A stretch of DNA of 64,000 nt from Nitrospinaceae bacterium (GTDB lineage: Bacteria; Nitrospinota; Nitrospinia; Nitrospinales; Nitrospinaceae): contig OZ245011.1 of the NCBI GenBank assembly GCA_965223665.1, forward strand, positions 256,001 to 320,000, in the 5' to 3' direction. Within the stretch, counting starts at the first letter, position 1. Each line of letters opens with the position of its first letter. The notes under the pieces were generated by a model. The model saw nothing but the letters and a program-made list of their open reading frames with translations. It ran no database searches and was not told where the DNA came from. Shown here in pieces: positions 21,413 to 32,130 of the stretch. Position numbers and translations under genes: made by a program.

Positions 21413-21718
21413 ATGGTTAAGGGAACGGAAATAGGTACCGTAGTAAAATCTGATTTAGTAGATCGAGTTTATGAAAAGGTGGGATTTACTCGAAAACAGG
21501 CTGCAGATGCAGTAGATATTATTTTTGATGAAATTAAAAGTGTTTTAAGTAAAGGTGAAGATGTTCGTATTGTAGGTTTTGCAAATTTTCACTTAAGGGA
21601 TAAAAAAGCACGAAATGCAAGAAACCCCAAAACCGGCGAACCAGTAGAAATTTCTGCTCGACGGGTTCTTACCTTTAAACCAAGTAAACATTTAATTCAC
21701 TCCACTAATGGGGATTAA
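21413..21718 (+). CDS. ihfA: Integration host factor alpha subunit
   Basis: KSDLV...[30 protein letters not shown]; followed by MerR gene. Confidence 0.88.
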   Translation: MVKGTEIGTVVKSDLVDRVYEKVGFTRKQAADAVDIIFDEIKSVLSKGEDVRIVGFANFHLRDKKARNARNPKTGEPVEISARRVLTFKPSKHLIHSTNGD

Positions 21719-21719
21719 A

Positions 21720-22085
21720 ATGAATCCTTCAATTCCTGATAAACTCTTTTTCAAAATTGGTGAGGTTTCTGAAATCACAGGTATCGAGCAGCATGTGCTC
21801 CGCTACTGGGAAGAGGAGTTTGAAATTTTAAACCCGGACAAAAACCCTTCTGGTCAGCGTCTATACCAAAAAAAGGACATTGAGCAAGTTCTTGAAATAA
21901 AAGACTTGCTATATATAGAGCGTTTTACTATTGAAGGGGCTAAAAAACGCCTGAAAAATAAAAATCGGAAAGTCAATCAACTAGACTTTGGGTTTGAAAA
22001 AGAAATATTTAATGATTGGCGAAAGAAAATGAAGGGCGAACTCAAATCAATTTTGAAAATCCTCGATAAAAAAAGTTATCGTTAA
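21720..22085 (+). CDS. MerR-family HTH regulator (ihfA-linked type)
   Basis: [13 protein letters not shown]...[22 protein letters not shown]; alternative start 21708. Confidence 0.9.
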   Translation: MNPSIPDKLFFKIGEVSEITGIEQHVLRYWEEEFEILNPDKNPSGQRLYQKKDIEQVLEIKDLLYIERFTIEGAKKRLKNKNRKVNQLDFGFEKEIFNDWRKKMKGELKSILKILDKKSYR

Positions 22086-22180
22086 AAAATCCTTCCTTCT
22101 TTATTTTGTTTTTCTAAATAACACTATTTTGTTTTCCCATAGATTTTGATAAGGTGTAGACATACATTTTTGAGGTTGCT

Positions 22181-23797
22181 GTGTCTATTTTCAAAAGGTC
22201 GAAAATTTTTGTGCTTTTCCTTATTACTTTTTGGGTAGGTTTTGGCGGAAATGCTAATTCTACTCATTTGGGAAAACCTGAAGATTCAAAGCCTAAAGGA
22301 AAAAGACCTTTTTATGCTTTTCCTGGAAACTATAGAGATCAGGTCAATCAATTAAAAGAAAAATTTAAAAAATCCTTTGGTTATGATCTATTGGATTTAG
22401 ATGAGAGTTGGCGGCCTAAGGAAATTGAAAAAATTCATCAGGCTTTTGAAAAACTACCATCACATTTTTATCGAATACCGGGACTTGTCGGGTTTTACAG
22501 GGCAAGTAAAATCCAGGTAAAGGCCGCCCAAGCAATTAGCGATGAAGTTCCCGCTGCTACCTTTCCTAGCTATTCAACAATATACCGAAAACATTCCAAC
22601 AAATATATGGTTGAAGTATCTAAGGATCCTTTACGGATTGAATTTTATAATTCTTTGTTTTACGAAAATCTAGAGGATTTTTTTAATATTGTTCATCATG
22701 AAATGGGGCATGTTTACGATATTGCCAATAAATTTTTTAGTTATTCTGTGGGATGGTTGAACATCACAGGATTTCAGTTAGTCCATGTTCCGGCATTAGA
22801 TGGAAAAGAAGAAAGTGACTTTATTTACGTTTTTCTGGATAAATCAGAAATAAAAAATTATGCTCCTATTTCGGATCGAAATCTTCCGACGTATTCCCGA
22901 AATAATCCTCAAGAGGATTTTGCTAACTCAGTGGCTGCTTATATACATTATCCTTTTTTTAAATATTCCAATTCCAAAAGGTATAAATTTTTAAAAGAAA
23001 AGGTATTTAAAGGAATTGAATATTTTAATGAGAACCTTGAAGGAAATTCATATGAAAAGATAATCTTGGGAGAATTTGAAAAAGCATTAAAAACCAGTAA
23101 ATGGGATTATCTGTTAAAGCTTTCAATTGAAAATAGTCGCTTAATAATGCCGGATTTAGAGTCCCAAATTGTGAAGATTTTGGTTCAAAAATCCCAGGAA
23201 AAGATTGATCCTGAGGTGGACCTTAAATTGGCAATTTCGAGTTGTTATTTTTATGATCCCGAGGCACTTAAATTTCGTCAAAACTTATTTTTAAAAAAAA
23301 GGATCCGTGTTGGGGATCTTATGAAAAATTTTCGTTGTCGACGTATGGGACGCCAGATGTTTGAGGAAATTATTGCCCGTTGGGCTGTAATGAATTTGCA
23401 TTTTTATCGAAAAAGTGGAAAGGACTGGGTTCAATTTCATGATCCTTTAGCCTTACAGGCGCAATCGAGGGGGTTTTTTACCAGTTATAGATGGACATTG
23501 AATGAAGAAAAAACTGATGGATTAAAAGTTCTTGTAAAGGGACAAACTGAGGGCCAAAATAAAGCGAATGGTTCGATTAAAGTGAATTTAACAACTACAG
23601 CATCCAATGCTTTTGAAATGCCAATGGGGAAAAAGCTGATTCTTGAATTAGGAGCTCACCGAATTCACCCGCAATCAGGAAAGTCTTTTGATTCTCCTTT
23701 AGCAAGAATTCGATTTGTAATTCAACCGGGGTTTAAATACATAGGACCAGAAAATCCGAAATTGGAGATTGAATTCCTGGAATATTCTAAAAATTGA
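22181..23797 (+). CDS. Exported putative zinc metallopeptidase (HEXXH)
   Basis: Signal peptide; HHEMGH and downstream YSRNNPQEDFA motif. Confidence 0.6.
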   Translation: MSIFKRSKIFVLFLITFWVGFGGNANSTHLGKPEDSKPKGKRPFYAFPGNYRDQVNQLKEKFKKSFGYDLLDLDESWRPKEIEKIHQAFEKLPSHFYRIPGLVGFYRASKIQVKAAQAISDEVPAATFPSYSTIYRKHSNKYMVEVSKDPLRIEFYNSLFYENLEDFFNIVHHEMGHVYDIANKFFSYSVGWLNITGFQLVHVPALDGKEESDFIYVFLDKSEIKNYAPISDRNLPTYSRNNPQEDFANSVAAYIHYPFFKYSNSKRYKFLKEKVFKGIEYFNENLEGNSYEKIILGEFEKALKTSKWDYLLKLSIENSRLIMPDLESQIVKILVQKSQEKIDPEVDLKLAISSCYFYDPEALKFRQNLFLKKRIRVGDLMKNFRCRRMGRQMFEEIIARWAVMNLHFYRKSGKDWVQFHDPLALQAQSRGFFTSYRWTLNEEKTDGLKVLVKGQTEGQNKANGSIKVNLTTTASNAFEMPMGKKLILELGAHRIHPQSGKSFDSPLARIRFVIQPGFKYIGPENPKLEIEFLEYSKN

Positions 23798-23804
23798 AAT
23801 TTAT

Positions 23805-24227
23805 TTAAGGAAGGTCTCGAACCAGTCTAACAGCCATATTTAGGTTCGCATATTGAGAGGGCCAGACTTTTACCCCATCCTCATATTGAATCACAAGTGC
23901 AGAAGAATCTTTTATGTCTTCTGTCCAAGTTACTCCCGCACTTCCCGGCTCAAAAATAGGATCCAGATAAATTTCATCCCCATATTTATCTTTATTTATT
24001 TTCTCTAAATCAAATAGACTCCAAGCTTCATTTTCATAGGGAAACCGCCAATTTTCGTAGCCACCCAACCGCTCTAAGTTTACAATCTGCATGTATTCAT
24101 GGCCGGCAAACCAATTCTTCCACTTTTTTGTGTCTTGAAGCGAGTCTGTTTTTTTCCACATAAGATTCATTTTGTTATCAGTAACAGTTCCATTACCGTT
24201 ATCTATAAAGCGATTATTTTCAGTCAT
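23805..24227 (-). CDS. DUF1566 (Lcl C-terminal-like) domain protein
   Basis: RFIDNGNGTVTD....LMW, GGY.NWR.P, terminal VRLVR. Confidence 0.85.
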   Translation of the reverse strand: MTENNRFIDNGNGTVTDNKMNLMWKKTDSLQDTKKWKNWFAGHEYMQIVNLERLGGYENWRFPYENEAWSLFDLEKINKDKYGDEIYLDPIFEPGSAGVTWTEDIKDSSALVIQYEDGVKVWPSQYANLNMAVRLVRDLP

Positions 24228-24239
24228 AATATTTTATTT

Positions 24240-25670
24240 CTAATCAAGGTAATTATTTAATACTAATAATTTTGGCTCTGTCATTTCTTCAATACTATAT
24301 TTAATTCCCTCACGCCCGAATCCGGAATCTTTAACTCCTCCATATGGCATATTATCCACTCGGAAAGTTGGTACATCATTTAAAACTACGCCGCCGACAT
24401 CTAACTGATTAAAACCAGACATCGCCTTATCGAGCTGATTGGTAAAAATACCGGCTTGTAATCCAAAGTCAGAATCATTGATTGAATTAAGGGCTTGTTG
24501 AAAATCTGAATAAGGTTCTAATACTAATACAGGACCAAATGCTTCTGAACATACAACTTTATTATTGGATTTGACATTGGTAAGTATCGTAGGTTCATAA
24601 AAAGCTCCATCTCGCTTTCCCCCAGTTACTAAGTCGGCACCTCCTTCAAGCGCTTCATTTATCCAGGATTCAATTCTTTTCGCATTTTCATTGTCAATTA
24701 AAGGACCAAGTGTAACATCGTCTTCCAATGGATTCCCTTTTTTTAGTTTTGTTGTTTCTTGGATTAATAGTTTTTTGAAATCATCAAAGCAGGATTCATG
24801 CACATAGGTTCTTTGAACAGAAATGCATACTTGTCCAGAATATGCAAAGGCACCAAAGCAAACTTTTTTTGCAGCAAAATTTAAATCTGCATCGGGTTCG
24901 ATAACAACCCCAGCATTACCTCCCAATTCTAGAGTTACCTTTTTCTTACCAGCTCTTTTTTTAATATCCCAACCAACAGGTGGACTTCCGGTGAAAGAAA
25001 CCATCTTTAAACGCAAGTCTTCCACCAAAGCTGTGGCATTTTTGCTTTTACAAGGCAAAACACTAAAGCTTCCTTCAACCGCATCTGTATTTATAATCAC
25101 TTCTCCCAGCAAAAGTGCTGTAAGAGGTGTGGCGGAGGAGGGCTTTAATACAATTGGATTTCCGCAAGCCAAAGCCGGAGCAACTTTATGAGCGACTAAA
25201 TTTAATGGAAAATTAAATGGAGAAATTCCGGAGATGGGGCCAATAGGAAACCTTTTAACCAAGCCTGTTTTTCCATTAGACGCTTCAGAAATATCTAGTG
25301 TTAGGAGTTCTCCATGAATTCGTTTAGCCTCCTCGGCAGCAATTGAGAAAGTTGAAATAGAACGTGCTACTTCACCACGCGCATACACTAAAGGTTTTCC
25401 TGACTCCTGAGCTATGATAGATGCGAATTCTTCCTGGCGTTCTCTAATGGCTTCAGCAATTTGGGTACATATTCGACTACGGATAAAAGCAGGAAGCTTT
25501 TTTGTTATTTTAAACGCTTCAACAGCTAAATCAATAGCTTGCTCAATTTCTCTAGATCCAGCTAAGGCTACCTCCGCAAACACTTCTTGAGTATAGGGAT
25601 TAAGAACCGGCAATGTTTCAACGGAGTTTTTCCATTCTTTACCTAATAAGAATTTATGGGTCTGGGTCAT
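24240..25670 (-). CDS. NAD(P)-dependent aldehyde dehydrogenase
   Basis: PFNFPL, FTGS, LELGGN, catalytic GQVCIS, EAFGP, PYGGVKDSG. Confidence 0.95.
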   Translation of the reverse strand: MTQTHKFLLGKEWKNSVETLPVLNPYTQEVFAEVALAGSREIEQAIDLAVEAFKITKKLPAFIRSRICTQIAEAIRERQEEFASIIAQESGKPLVYARGEVARSISTFSIAAEEAKRIHGELLTLDISEASNGKTGLVKRFPIGPISGISPFNFPLNLVAHKVAPALACGNPIVLKPSSATPLTALLLGEVIINTDAVEGSFSVLPCKSKNATALVEDLRLKMVSFTGSPPVGWDIKKRAGKKKVTLELGGNAGVVIEPDADLNFAAKKVCFGAFAYSGQVCISVQRTYVHESCFDDFKKLLIQETTKLKKGNPLEDDVTLGPLIDNENAKRIESWINEALEGGADLVTGGKRDGAFYEPTILTNVKSNNKVVCSEAFGPVLVLEPYSDFQQALNSINDSDFGLQAGIFTNQLDKAMSGFNQLDVGGVVLNDVPTFRVDNMPYGGVKDSGFGREGIKYSIEEMTEPKLLVLNNYLD

Positions 25671-25765
25671 CGTAATCCTGAAATGATTAAGAAATTTTGT
25701 GGGTTCTATTTTATATGAAATTTAAAAAGATTCAATCCAACCGGAAGGGTAAAACCAATGGGTGA

Positions 25766-28081
25766 TTACTTGGGAGGTTGAGCTCTTCGGGAAAAATTAG
25801 GTTCAATAAGCGTGCCTGCACCTTGAGTGGAAGAAGAGTCGGGAAGCTCAATGCTGAAAATTGTACCTCGGGGCTCATTGTTTCTAACCGTAATGGTGCC
25901 TCCATGATCACTTATAATTCGGTTTACGATAGCAAGACCTAACCCTGTGCCTCTTTTTTTGGTTGTAAAGTGGGGTAGAAATAATTTATTGCGGTCTTCG
26001 GGACTGATTCCCGATCCATTATCAGAAAAATCAATAATGATCTTTTTGTTTAAAGTGTCCCAACGTGTGTTTATTTGAATAATCCCTTTTTCCTCCATGG
26101 CATCAAAAGCGTTATCAAATAAATTGATGAAAACGCGCCGGATCTGTTCCGGATCAATGTTGAGGAGATTTATATTGGGATCTAAATTTCTTTTAATTTT
26201 TAAAGATTTTTCATTGGAAGTGTATAGGTGAGTTACATCTTCAATGATTTTGTGTAAGGATTCCATTCTTGGTCTAGGCATGGGCATTCTGGAGAAACGC
26301 AGAAATTCATTGACCAAATCTTTCATTCCTTCTACTTCCTGGGATATGATTCGAATGCTTTCATCAAAAACTTTAGCAAAGGCACGTTTGTCTTCGTAAT
26401 ATTTTTTCTTTAATCTCTGAGTATTTAATTGAATAGGAGTTAGTGGATTTTTAATTTCATGGGCAATACCCTGTGCCACTTCTTGCCAGGCAGAGATTTT
26501 CTGTGCTTTGATTAATTCTGTTACATCCTCAAACACGATAAGCAAGCCTAAGTATTTTTGACGATCATCCCTCAAAAATTTAATGTTGGCTAACATAGTA
26601 AGTTTTTTGTCATCTATCGTGATTTCAACTTGTTCTTCTTGGGATTCTTTTTCCGCCTTACTCATTTTTTTTATCATTTGGCGAATGGGTTGGTGAAAGT
26701 TGTGATCAAAGGCATCACGATAACTAGAACCAACAATATCTTTCTCTCCAGTTTTAAGTAAACGTTTTGCCGCTGAGTTTAAAGTAGTAATGATTCCTTT
26801 TTTATCAATGGTAATAACCCCAGCTCCAATATTTTCTAGTACTGTTTCGGTGTAATATCTTCGGCGATCCAACTCAATGTTAGTCTTTTTTAGATTTTCA
26901 TGGGCCTGTTCGACTTTTAATTGACTTCCTTTCAACTTTCGAGTCATTGTGTTAAAAGAATCTACCAATAATCCAATCTCATCTGTAGAATTGATATCAA
27001 TATTTACATTAAGATCTCCTTCCGCAACCCGTCGGGTTCCCTGAGCAAGCTGTTGAATGGGAACGGTTATTCCCTTGGCCATATAAAACCCTAACCAAAT
27101 AGCCGAAAAAAGAATTAGAAGAGTCATTAATATAAAGGTGAAAAAATAATTAGCGCTGACAGGTAACTTTAAAAATCTTTGCTTTTTATAATTTTCATAA
27201 TTTTCGGCGATCTGGTTTATTTTTAGGACGGTATTATGCGGAACTTTAGAGAGTGTAAGAATATGCCCCCATAGAAATGATTGGCCTTTGATATCCTGGA
27301 CTAATGGGGATACCACCACTAAATAATTTTCTTTGGTATAAGTATGTGTTTCCATTCCACTATCATTTTGCATGCTTTCCTGAATGAGATCGGCATAATC
27401 CAAGTTTGTATAATTTTGCGGCATCGATTTGTTGGCATATGAAATTATGACTTCCCCCTGGTTGTCATATAAAATGGCACCCCCTAATTGATATTCTTCC
27501 ACTTTTGCGGACACCATATTTTGCAACTTTTCCCTTTTTGCCTTATTTAGCAGATCATCTTTTTCAATAAAGCTTTGTAATTGTTGAGTCAGGTACAGTC
27601 CTTTATTTTCAAGAGTTCCATAATATTCTTGTGCAACTTCCATTGACTGTTTTAAAGATTGTTCCACCTGAATTCCAAACCAATTCCCAACGCTGTAAGT
27701 AAATAATTTGCTCGCAACAATGAATAACAGGATAGAGGGCAGGAGAACTAATATTAAAAAAGCGAAAATTAGCTTAGTTTGGAACTTAGATCCTATGATT
27801 TTACTTTTTCTCTCATTATAAAGCTTAATAAGATTTCGAGTAATGAGTAGAATTAAAACGAAAAGTAAAATTATGATTACATTGAATAAAAGAAAAACTG
27901 AAATATTGTCAGCGATTGTGGAAGAACGTTGCTGTAAAAAATTAACTTCTAGTAGGGTGAGCGAAATAAAAGCTATGGAGATAAAAATGAGTGTTCGACG
28001 AGCTTTACGCCTTTTTTCACGAATTTGATCATCCGTTAAGTGAAGGTTTTGTGGATTATTGGCTAAAGGATTGGATGACAT
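25766..28081 (-). CDS. NtrY-like HAMP/PAS sensor histidine kinase
   Basis: N-terminal TMs, HAMP DEIG.L...FN, AWQEVAQGIAHEIKNPLTPIQL, DNG.G, GTGLGLAIV. Confidence 0.9.
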   Translation of the reverse strand: MSSNPLANNPQNLHLTDDQIREKRRKARRTLIFISIAFISLTLLEVNFLQQRSSTIADNISVFLLFNVIIILLFVLILLITRNLIKLYNERKSKIIGSKFQTKLIFAFLILVLLPSILLFIVASKLFTYSVGNWFGIQVEQSLKQSMEVAQEYYGTLENKGLYLTQQLQSFIEKDDLLNKAKREKLQNMVSAKVEEYQLGGAILYDNQGEVIISYANKSMPQNYTNLDYADLIQESMQNDSGMETHTYTKENYLVVVSPLVQDIKGQSFLWGHILTLSKVPHNTVLKINQIAENYENYKKQRFLKLPVSANYFFTFILMTLLILFSAIWLGFYMAKGITVPIQQLAQGTRRVAEGDLNVNIDINSTDEIGLLVDSFNTMTRKLKGSQLKVEQAHENLKKTNIELDRRRYYTETVLENIGAGVITIDKKGIITTLNSAAKRLLKTGEKDIVGSSYRDAFDHNFHQPIRQMIKKMSKAEKESQEEQVEITIDDKKLTMLANIKFLRDDRQKYLGLLIVFEDVTELIKAQKISAWQEVAQGIAHEIKNPLTPIQLNTQRLKKKYYEDKRAFAKVFDESIRIISQEVEGMKDLVNEFLRFSRMPMPRPRMESLHKIIEDVTHLYTSNEKSLKIKRNLDPNINLLNIDPEQIRRVFINLFDNAFDAMEEKGIIQINTRWDTLNKKIIIDFSDNGSGISPEDRNKLFLPHFTTKKRGTGLGLAIVNRIISDHGGTITVRNNEPRGTIFSIELPDSSSTQGAGTLIEPNFSRRAQPPK

Positions 28082-28730
28082 TGCCTATCTTTTCGGAACT
28101 AGATTCCGTCCTTGTTTTATTCCCATTAAATGCTTCTTGGGGAAATTCTGAATTTTGGGGAACATCTAGTAATCTGGATTCTGCCCAGGATGTTTCAAAT
28201 TCATTAAAAGGAACAAAGAATAGCAGATAGTTGAAAGGAAACCAAAAACCATTTGCATCTAATTCGGCTTTTACTCGAATATAATATTTCTTTTCTGGAT
28301 TAACTTTGTATAAGGGAGCAACTGGAATATGGCTGAGAGTTAACATTAATTTTTCGCAACGTTCCAAACTCTTGGTGATAATTTTTCGATGGACGTTTTT
28401 TCCCTCAGAAGTAAACTGGTAAACTTTCTTTAATGTGTCATATTGAATTGAGTGAGTTATTTTATTTTTACTCACAGTATTATCAAGAAAAAAGGGTACC
28501 TCACGGACTAACTCGACTTCATATGTGAAAGTCATGGGAACTCCACTTTTAATAGCCTCAATCAAGCGCTGATTAAAAGCATCGCGGAGGTTAGCATCAA
28601 TATAGATTAAATGGTCACCATTTTTAATCGCAATATTTTTAATGGAAGGCCTTGCAAGGATTGTTGAAGGAAGGAAAAATATGGTAAATGTAATTATTGA
28701 TACTAAAATCAATTTAGAGGAAAATTTCAA
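28056..28730 (-). CDS. DUF4390 domain exported protein
   Basis: Signal peptide, AIKSGVP.TF motif, position directly upstream of NtrY-like kinase; TTG start with GAGG RBS. Confidence 0.78.
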   Translation of the reverse strand: MKFSSKLILVSIITFTIFFLPSTILARPSIKNIAIKNGDHLIYIDANLRDAFNQRLIEAIKSGVPMTFTYEVELVREVPFFLDNTVSKNKITHSIQYDTLKKVYQFTSEGKNVHRKIITKSLERCEKLMLTLSHIPVAPLYKVNPEKKYYIRVKAELDANGFWFPFNYLLFFVPFNEFETSWAESRLLDVPQNSEFPQEAFNGNKTRTESSSEKIGNVIQSFSQ

Positions 28731-28940
28731 GAGGAACCTCAGTGAAAATTAATTTAAAGGAGGATATTGGGAGAAATGCCTCCGTGGTGAAAAAATTAAA
28801 TCCCCTTATAAAGGAATTATGACACCCTATTATAGTATATTTTCGAAAAGGAGTAAATAATCACAGTCCATCTTAATTTTTCCGATAAGTTTCCTGAAAT
28901 TTTAATCAAATTTGGGTGAAAACTGATTAATTAATAAGAA

Positions 28941-31601
28941 TCAATCTAATTTTTGGTTTTTCTGGATTAGATTGACAAGCTCATAGATCTTTTCTAGGGC
29001 TTCCCTTGGGCTAAGGTCATCCGGATTAATTTCTTTCAATTTTTTTAGGTAAGGGGGAGTTGGGGATTCTTGAAACAAGGGAATCTGTTTTGAGGAAATT
29101 GAGTCATTTTGTTTGTGACCGATTCTAGCCAATCCTTCTTCATCAAGCTCACTATTTTCCAGGTTAGATAACACTTCACGAGCCCTCTCTAATACATTTT
29201 CAGGCAAACCGGCAAGACGGGCCACTTGGATTCCATAGCTTTTATCCGCAGGACCGGGTAAAATTTTCCTTAAAAAAATTATTTCTTCATTCCATTCCTT
29301 GACCTGAACATTTAAGTTTTTGACCCCTGAAAGTTCTCGTTCTAAATCTGTCATTTCATGATAATGAGTAGCAAATAGAGTTTTAGCCCCTACAGAGCCA
29401 TGTAAATATTCAACAATTGACCAGGCTAAGCTAATTCCATCAAATGTGCTTGTTCCACGACCAATTTCATCAAGAATTAGTAAGCTTTTTGAGGACGCGT
29501 TGTTTAAGATATTAGCAGTTTCATTCATTTCAACCATGAATGTTGATTGTCCTTTTATTAAATGGTCCTGTGCTCCTACACGAGAAAAAATTCGATTTAC
29601 GATGCCAATATTTGCAGTATCTGCTGGCACAAAACTTCCTATTTGGGCCATAAGAGTAATAAGTGCCACTTGGCGGAGGTAAGTAGATTTTCCAGCCATA
29701 TTTGGACCAGTAATGATCATAATTTGATTTTCTGAACAATCTAGTAAAGTATCATTTGGAATGAATTGTTGATTAAGGTCAAGAGTCTCTACAATTGGAT
29801 GACGCCCATTTGTTATATTTAATGAGTTGTCTTCGCTCAAGTTTGGTCGGCAATACTGGTTTCTATGAGATGTCTCTGCAAGCGAAATTAATCCATCAAT
29901 CTCTGCTATAATTTGTGACATTTGTTGAATTCTAGAACTTTCTTTGGATACTTGTTCGCGGACTTTTTGAAATATTTGTTGTTCTAAAGTTAAGATTTTT
30001 TCATCCGCGCCAGAAATTTCTTGTTCATATTTTTTCAATTCCGGAGAAATGTATCTCTCTGAATTTACAAGTGACTGTTTACGGATATAATCTTCAGGTA
30101 TTCTGTCCAAATTTCTTTTAGTTACTTCAATATAATACCCATAAATTTTGTTATAACCTACTTTCAACTGAGGTATCCTAGTCCGTTCTTTTTCTTTGGT
30201 TTCTAAATTAGCAATAGCAGTATTACCTTCACGTGAAATACTTTTTAAACGATCCAATTCTTTGTTACTTCCGGGTTTAATTAAATGTCCATCTTTAAAG
30301 TTATGGGGAGGATCGTCTACAATATGTTTCTCAATACTTTCGACGGCGTTTTCCACATTATCCCAATTTGAAATATTCGCTTTGATTAGAGTGGAAGAAC
30401 AATTTTCAAGTAATGAATATATTTTTGGCAGGATGAGTAATGAGGACTTTAAGGTAGTCAGGTCTCTTGGGCTACAAGCCGAAAGGGCTATTCGACCCAA
30501 AAGACGCTCTAAGTCGAAAATATTTTTTAGTAAATTTCTTAAATCATTTCGCAATATAGGATTATTAATAAACTCCTCAACAACGTTTAATCTCTCATCA
30601 ATAGAAGAAAGGTCTATTAGGGGCTTTAATATCCATTCACGCATACTTCTAGAACCCATAGGTGTACAGCATTGGTCCAATAAATTTAAAAGTGAAAACT
30701 TTTTAGTCCCGTCGCTGGAACGAATTAACTCTAAACTATTTATTGTGGCTTGATCCAGCATCATATAATTATGAACGCTGAAAGTGGTGAAAGTATTTAT
30801 ATGTTGTAGAGCTCCTTTTTGCGTTTCTTGAAGAAATTGTATTAAACTTCCAGCGGCACAAATCGAAGACTTAAGATCTTCACAACCGAATCCTTCTAAA
30901 GTTTTTGTTTTAAATTGCTCTGTAAGTATGCGGTAGGCTTGATTGTATGAATAAGTCCAGTCTTCGCAAGAGTGGATCAAAAAACTCTGATCTTTGATCC
31001 AATGAGGAGTAGAACCATTGCTATTGTGTATAGATTCAGGAACAAGAACTTCTTTAGGATCCAGCTTGACCAATTCATCCAATAGAACGTTATCAGAGGA
31101 GTTGTGCTCAAATTGAGTTACTTTGAATATTCCGGTTGACAAATCTACAGCAGCCAATCCATAGTCTTCATTTCCAAAAAAAATGGATACAATAAAGTGA
31201 TTGCTTCTGGGATCTAATAAGGAATCATCTAATACAGTTCCAGGAGTGACAACACGAATAACTTCTCTTTTTACTAATCCCTTGGCTTGTTTGGCATCTT
31301 CTGTTTGTTCACAGATAGCAACCTTTTTCCCGTTTTTAATTAGTTTAGAAATGTAAAGGTTGGCAGAATGGAAAGGGATCCCGCACATAGGAGTAGGATT
31401 AGCTCTATTTTTGTTTCGAGAGGTAAGGGCGATTTCCAGAATACGTGACGCTTCTTTAGCATCTTCATTAAACATTTCATAAAAATCACCCATTCGAAAA
31501 AATAATATTGCATCTGAATACTCTTTTTTTATTTGATGATATTGCTGCATCATTGGAGTTTCATCATCAGCAATGGATTTAATGTCACTAGTTTTAGCCA
31601 T
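28941..31601 (-). CDS. mutS: DNA mismatch repair protein MutS
   Basis: TPMMQQY, FRMGDFYE, TGPNMAGKST, STFMVEM, DEIGRGTS, SYGIQVA. Confidence 0.98.
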   Translation of the reverse strand: MAKTSDIKSIADDETPMMQQYHQIKKEYSDAILFFRMGDFYEMFNEDAKEASRILEIALTSRNKNRANPTPMCGIPFHSANLYISKLIKNGKKVAICEQTEDAKQAKGLVKREVIRVVTPGTVLDDSLLDPRSNHFIVSIFFGNEDYGLAAVDLSTGIFKVTQFEHNSSDNVLLDELVKLDPKEVLVPESIHNSNGSTPHWIKDQSFLIHSCEDWTYSYNQAYRILTEQFKTKTLEGFGCEDLKSSICAAGSLIQFLQETQKGALQHINTFTTFSVHNYMMLDQATINSLELIRSSDGTKKFSLLNLLDQCCTPMGSRSMREWILKPLIDLSSIDERLNVVEEFINNPILRNDLRNLLKNIFDLERLLGRIALSACSPRDLTTLKSSLLILPKIYSLLENCSSTLIKANISNWDNVENAVESIEKHIVDDPPHNFKDGHLIKPGSNKELDRLKSISREGNTAIANLETKEKERTRIPQLKVGYNKIYGYYIEVTKRNLDRIPEDYIRKQSLVNSERYISPELKKYEQEISGADEKILTLEQQIFQKVREQVSKESSRIQQMSQIIAEIDGLISLAETSHRNQYCRPNLSEDNSLNITNGRHPIVETLDLNQQFIPNDTLLDCSENQIMIITGPNMAGKSTYLRQVALITLMAQIGSFVPADTANIGIVNRIFSRVGAQDHLIKGQSTFMVEMNETANILNNASSKSLLILDEIGRGTSTFDGISLAWSIVEYLHGSVGAKTLFATHYHEMTDLERELSGVKNLNVQVKEWNEEIIFLRKILPGPADKSYGIQVARLAGLPENVLERAREVLSNLENSELDEEGLARIGHKQNDSISSKQIPLFQESPTPPYLKKLKEINPDDLSPREALEKIYELVNLIQKNQKLD

Positions 31602-31605
31602 GAAA

Positions 31606-32097
31606 CTACTCTAAAGTAATTTTTTCGAATAAGGGTTGCAGTCTATTAAATGTGGCTTCAATATGCTCAGGCAATACTTTGGTTTGTCCAATGACTGGCA
31701 TGAAATTAGTATCTCCTTTCCATCTTGGAACGATATGCGAATGAATATGTTCATCAAAACTGGCTCCACCTACAGTACCAATGTTATAGCCCACATTAAA
31801 TCCATCTGGTTGATACTCTGAACCTAAAATTTCCATAGACTTTTGAGTTAGCTGACCAATTTCTAAAATTTCAGAATTATCCATTTTGGTAATACAGGAT
31901 AGATGCCTATAAGGAGAAACCATTAAATGTCCGTTAGCATAGGGATAAATGTTAATCATAATGAACCCTAACTTTCCACGATAAAGAATTTTATTCTTTG
32001 AATCGTTTTTTTCTTGAGGGGCGGTGCAGAAAATACATTCCTTAGATTGACCTGACACAATATATTGCATTCTCCAGGGTGCCCACAAGGTATCCAT
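31606..32097 (-). CDS. HIT family hydrolase (Ap4A phosphorylase-like)
   Basis: LWAPWR, CIFC, NIYPY..GH, HIHSHIVPRW. Confidence 0.92.
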   Translation of the reverse strand: MDTLWAPWRMQYIVSGQSKECIFCTAPQEKNDSKNKILYRGKLGFIMINIYPYANGHLMVSPYRHLSCITKMDNSEILEIGQLTQKSMEILGSEYQPDGFNVGYNIGTVGGASFDEHIHSHIVPRWKGDTNFMPVIGQTKVLPEHIEATFNRLQPLFEKITLE

Positions 32098-32130
32098 TTA
32101 ATTAATCTCCTTTTTCTATCCCGCAAACCA

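Noticed and set aside
22086..22180. tRNA-Pro often found after ihfA-merR
   Set aside because: No cloverleaf, T-loop or CCA; sequence is T-rich spacer
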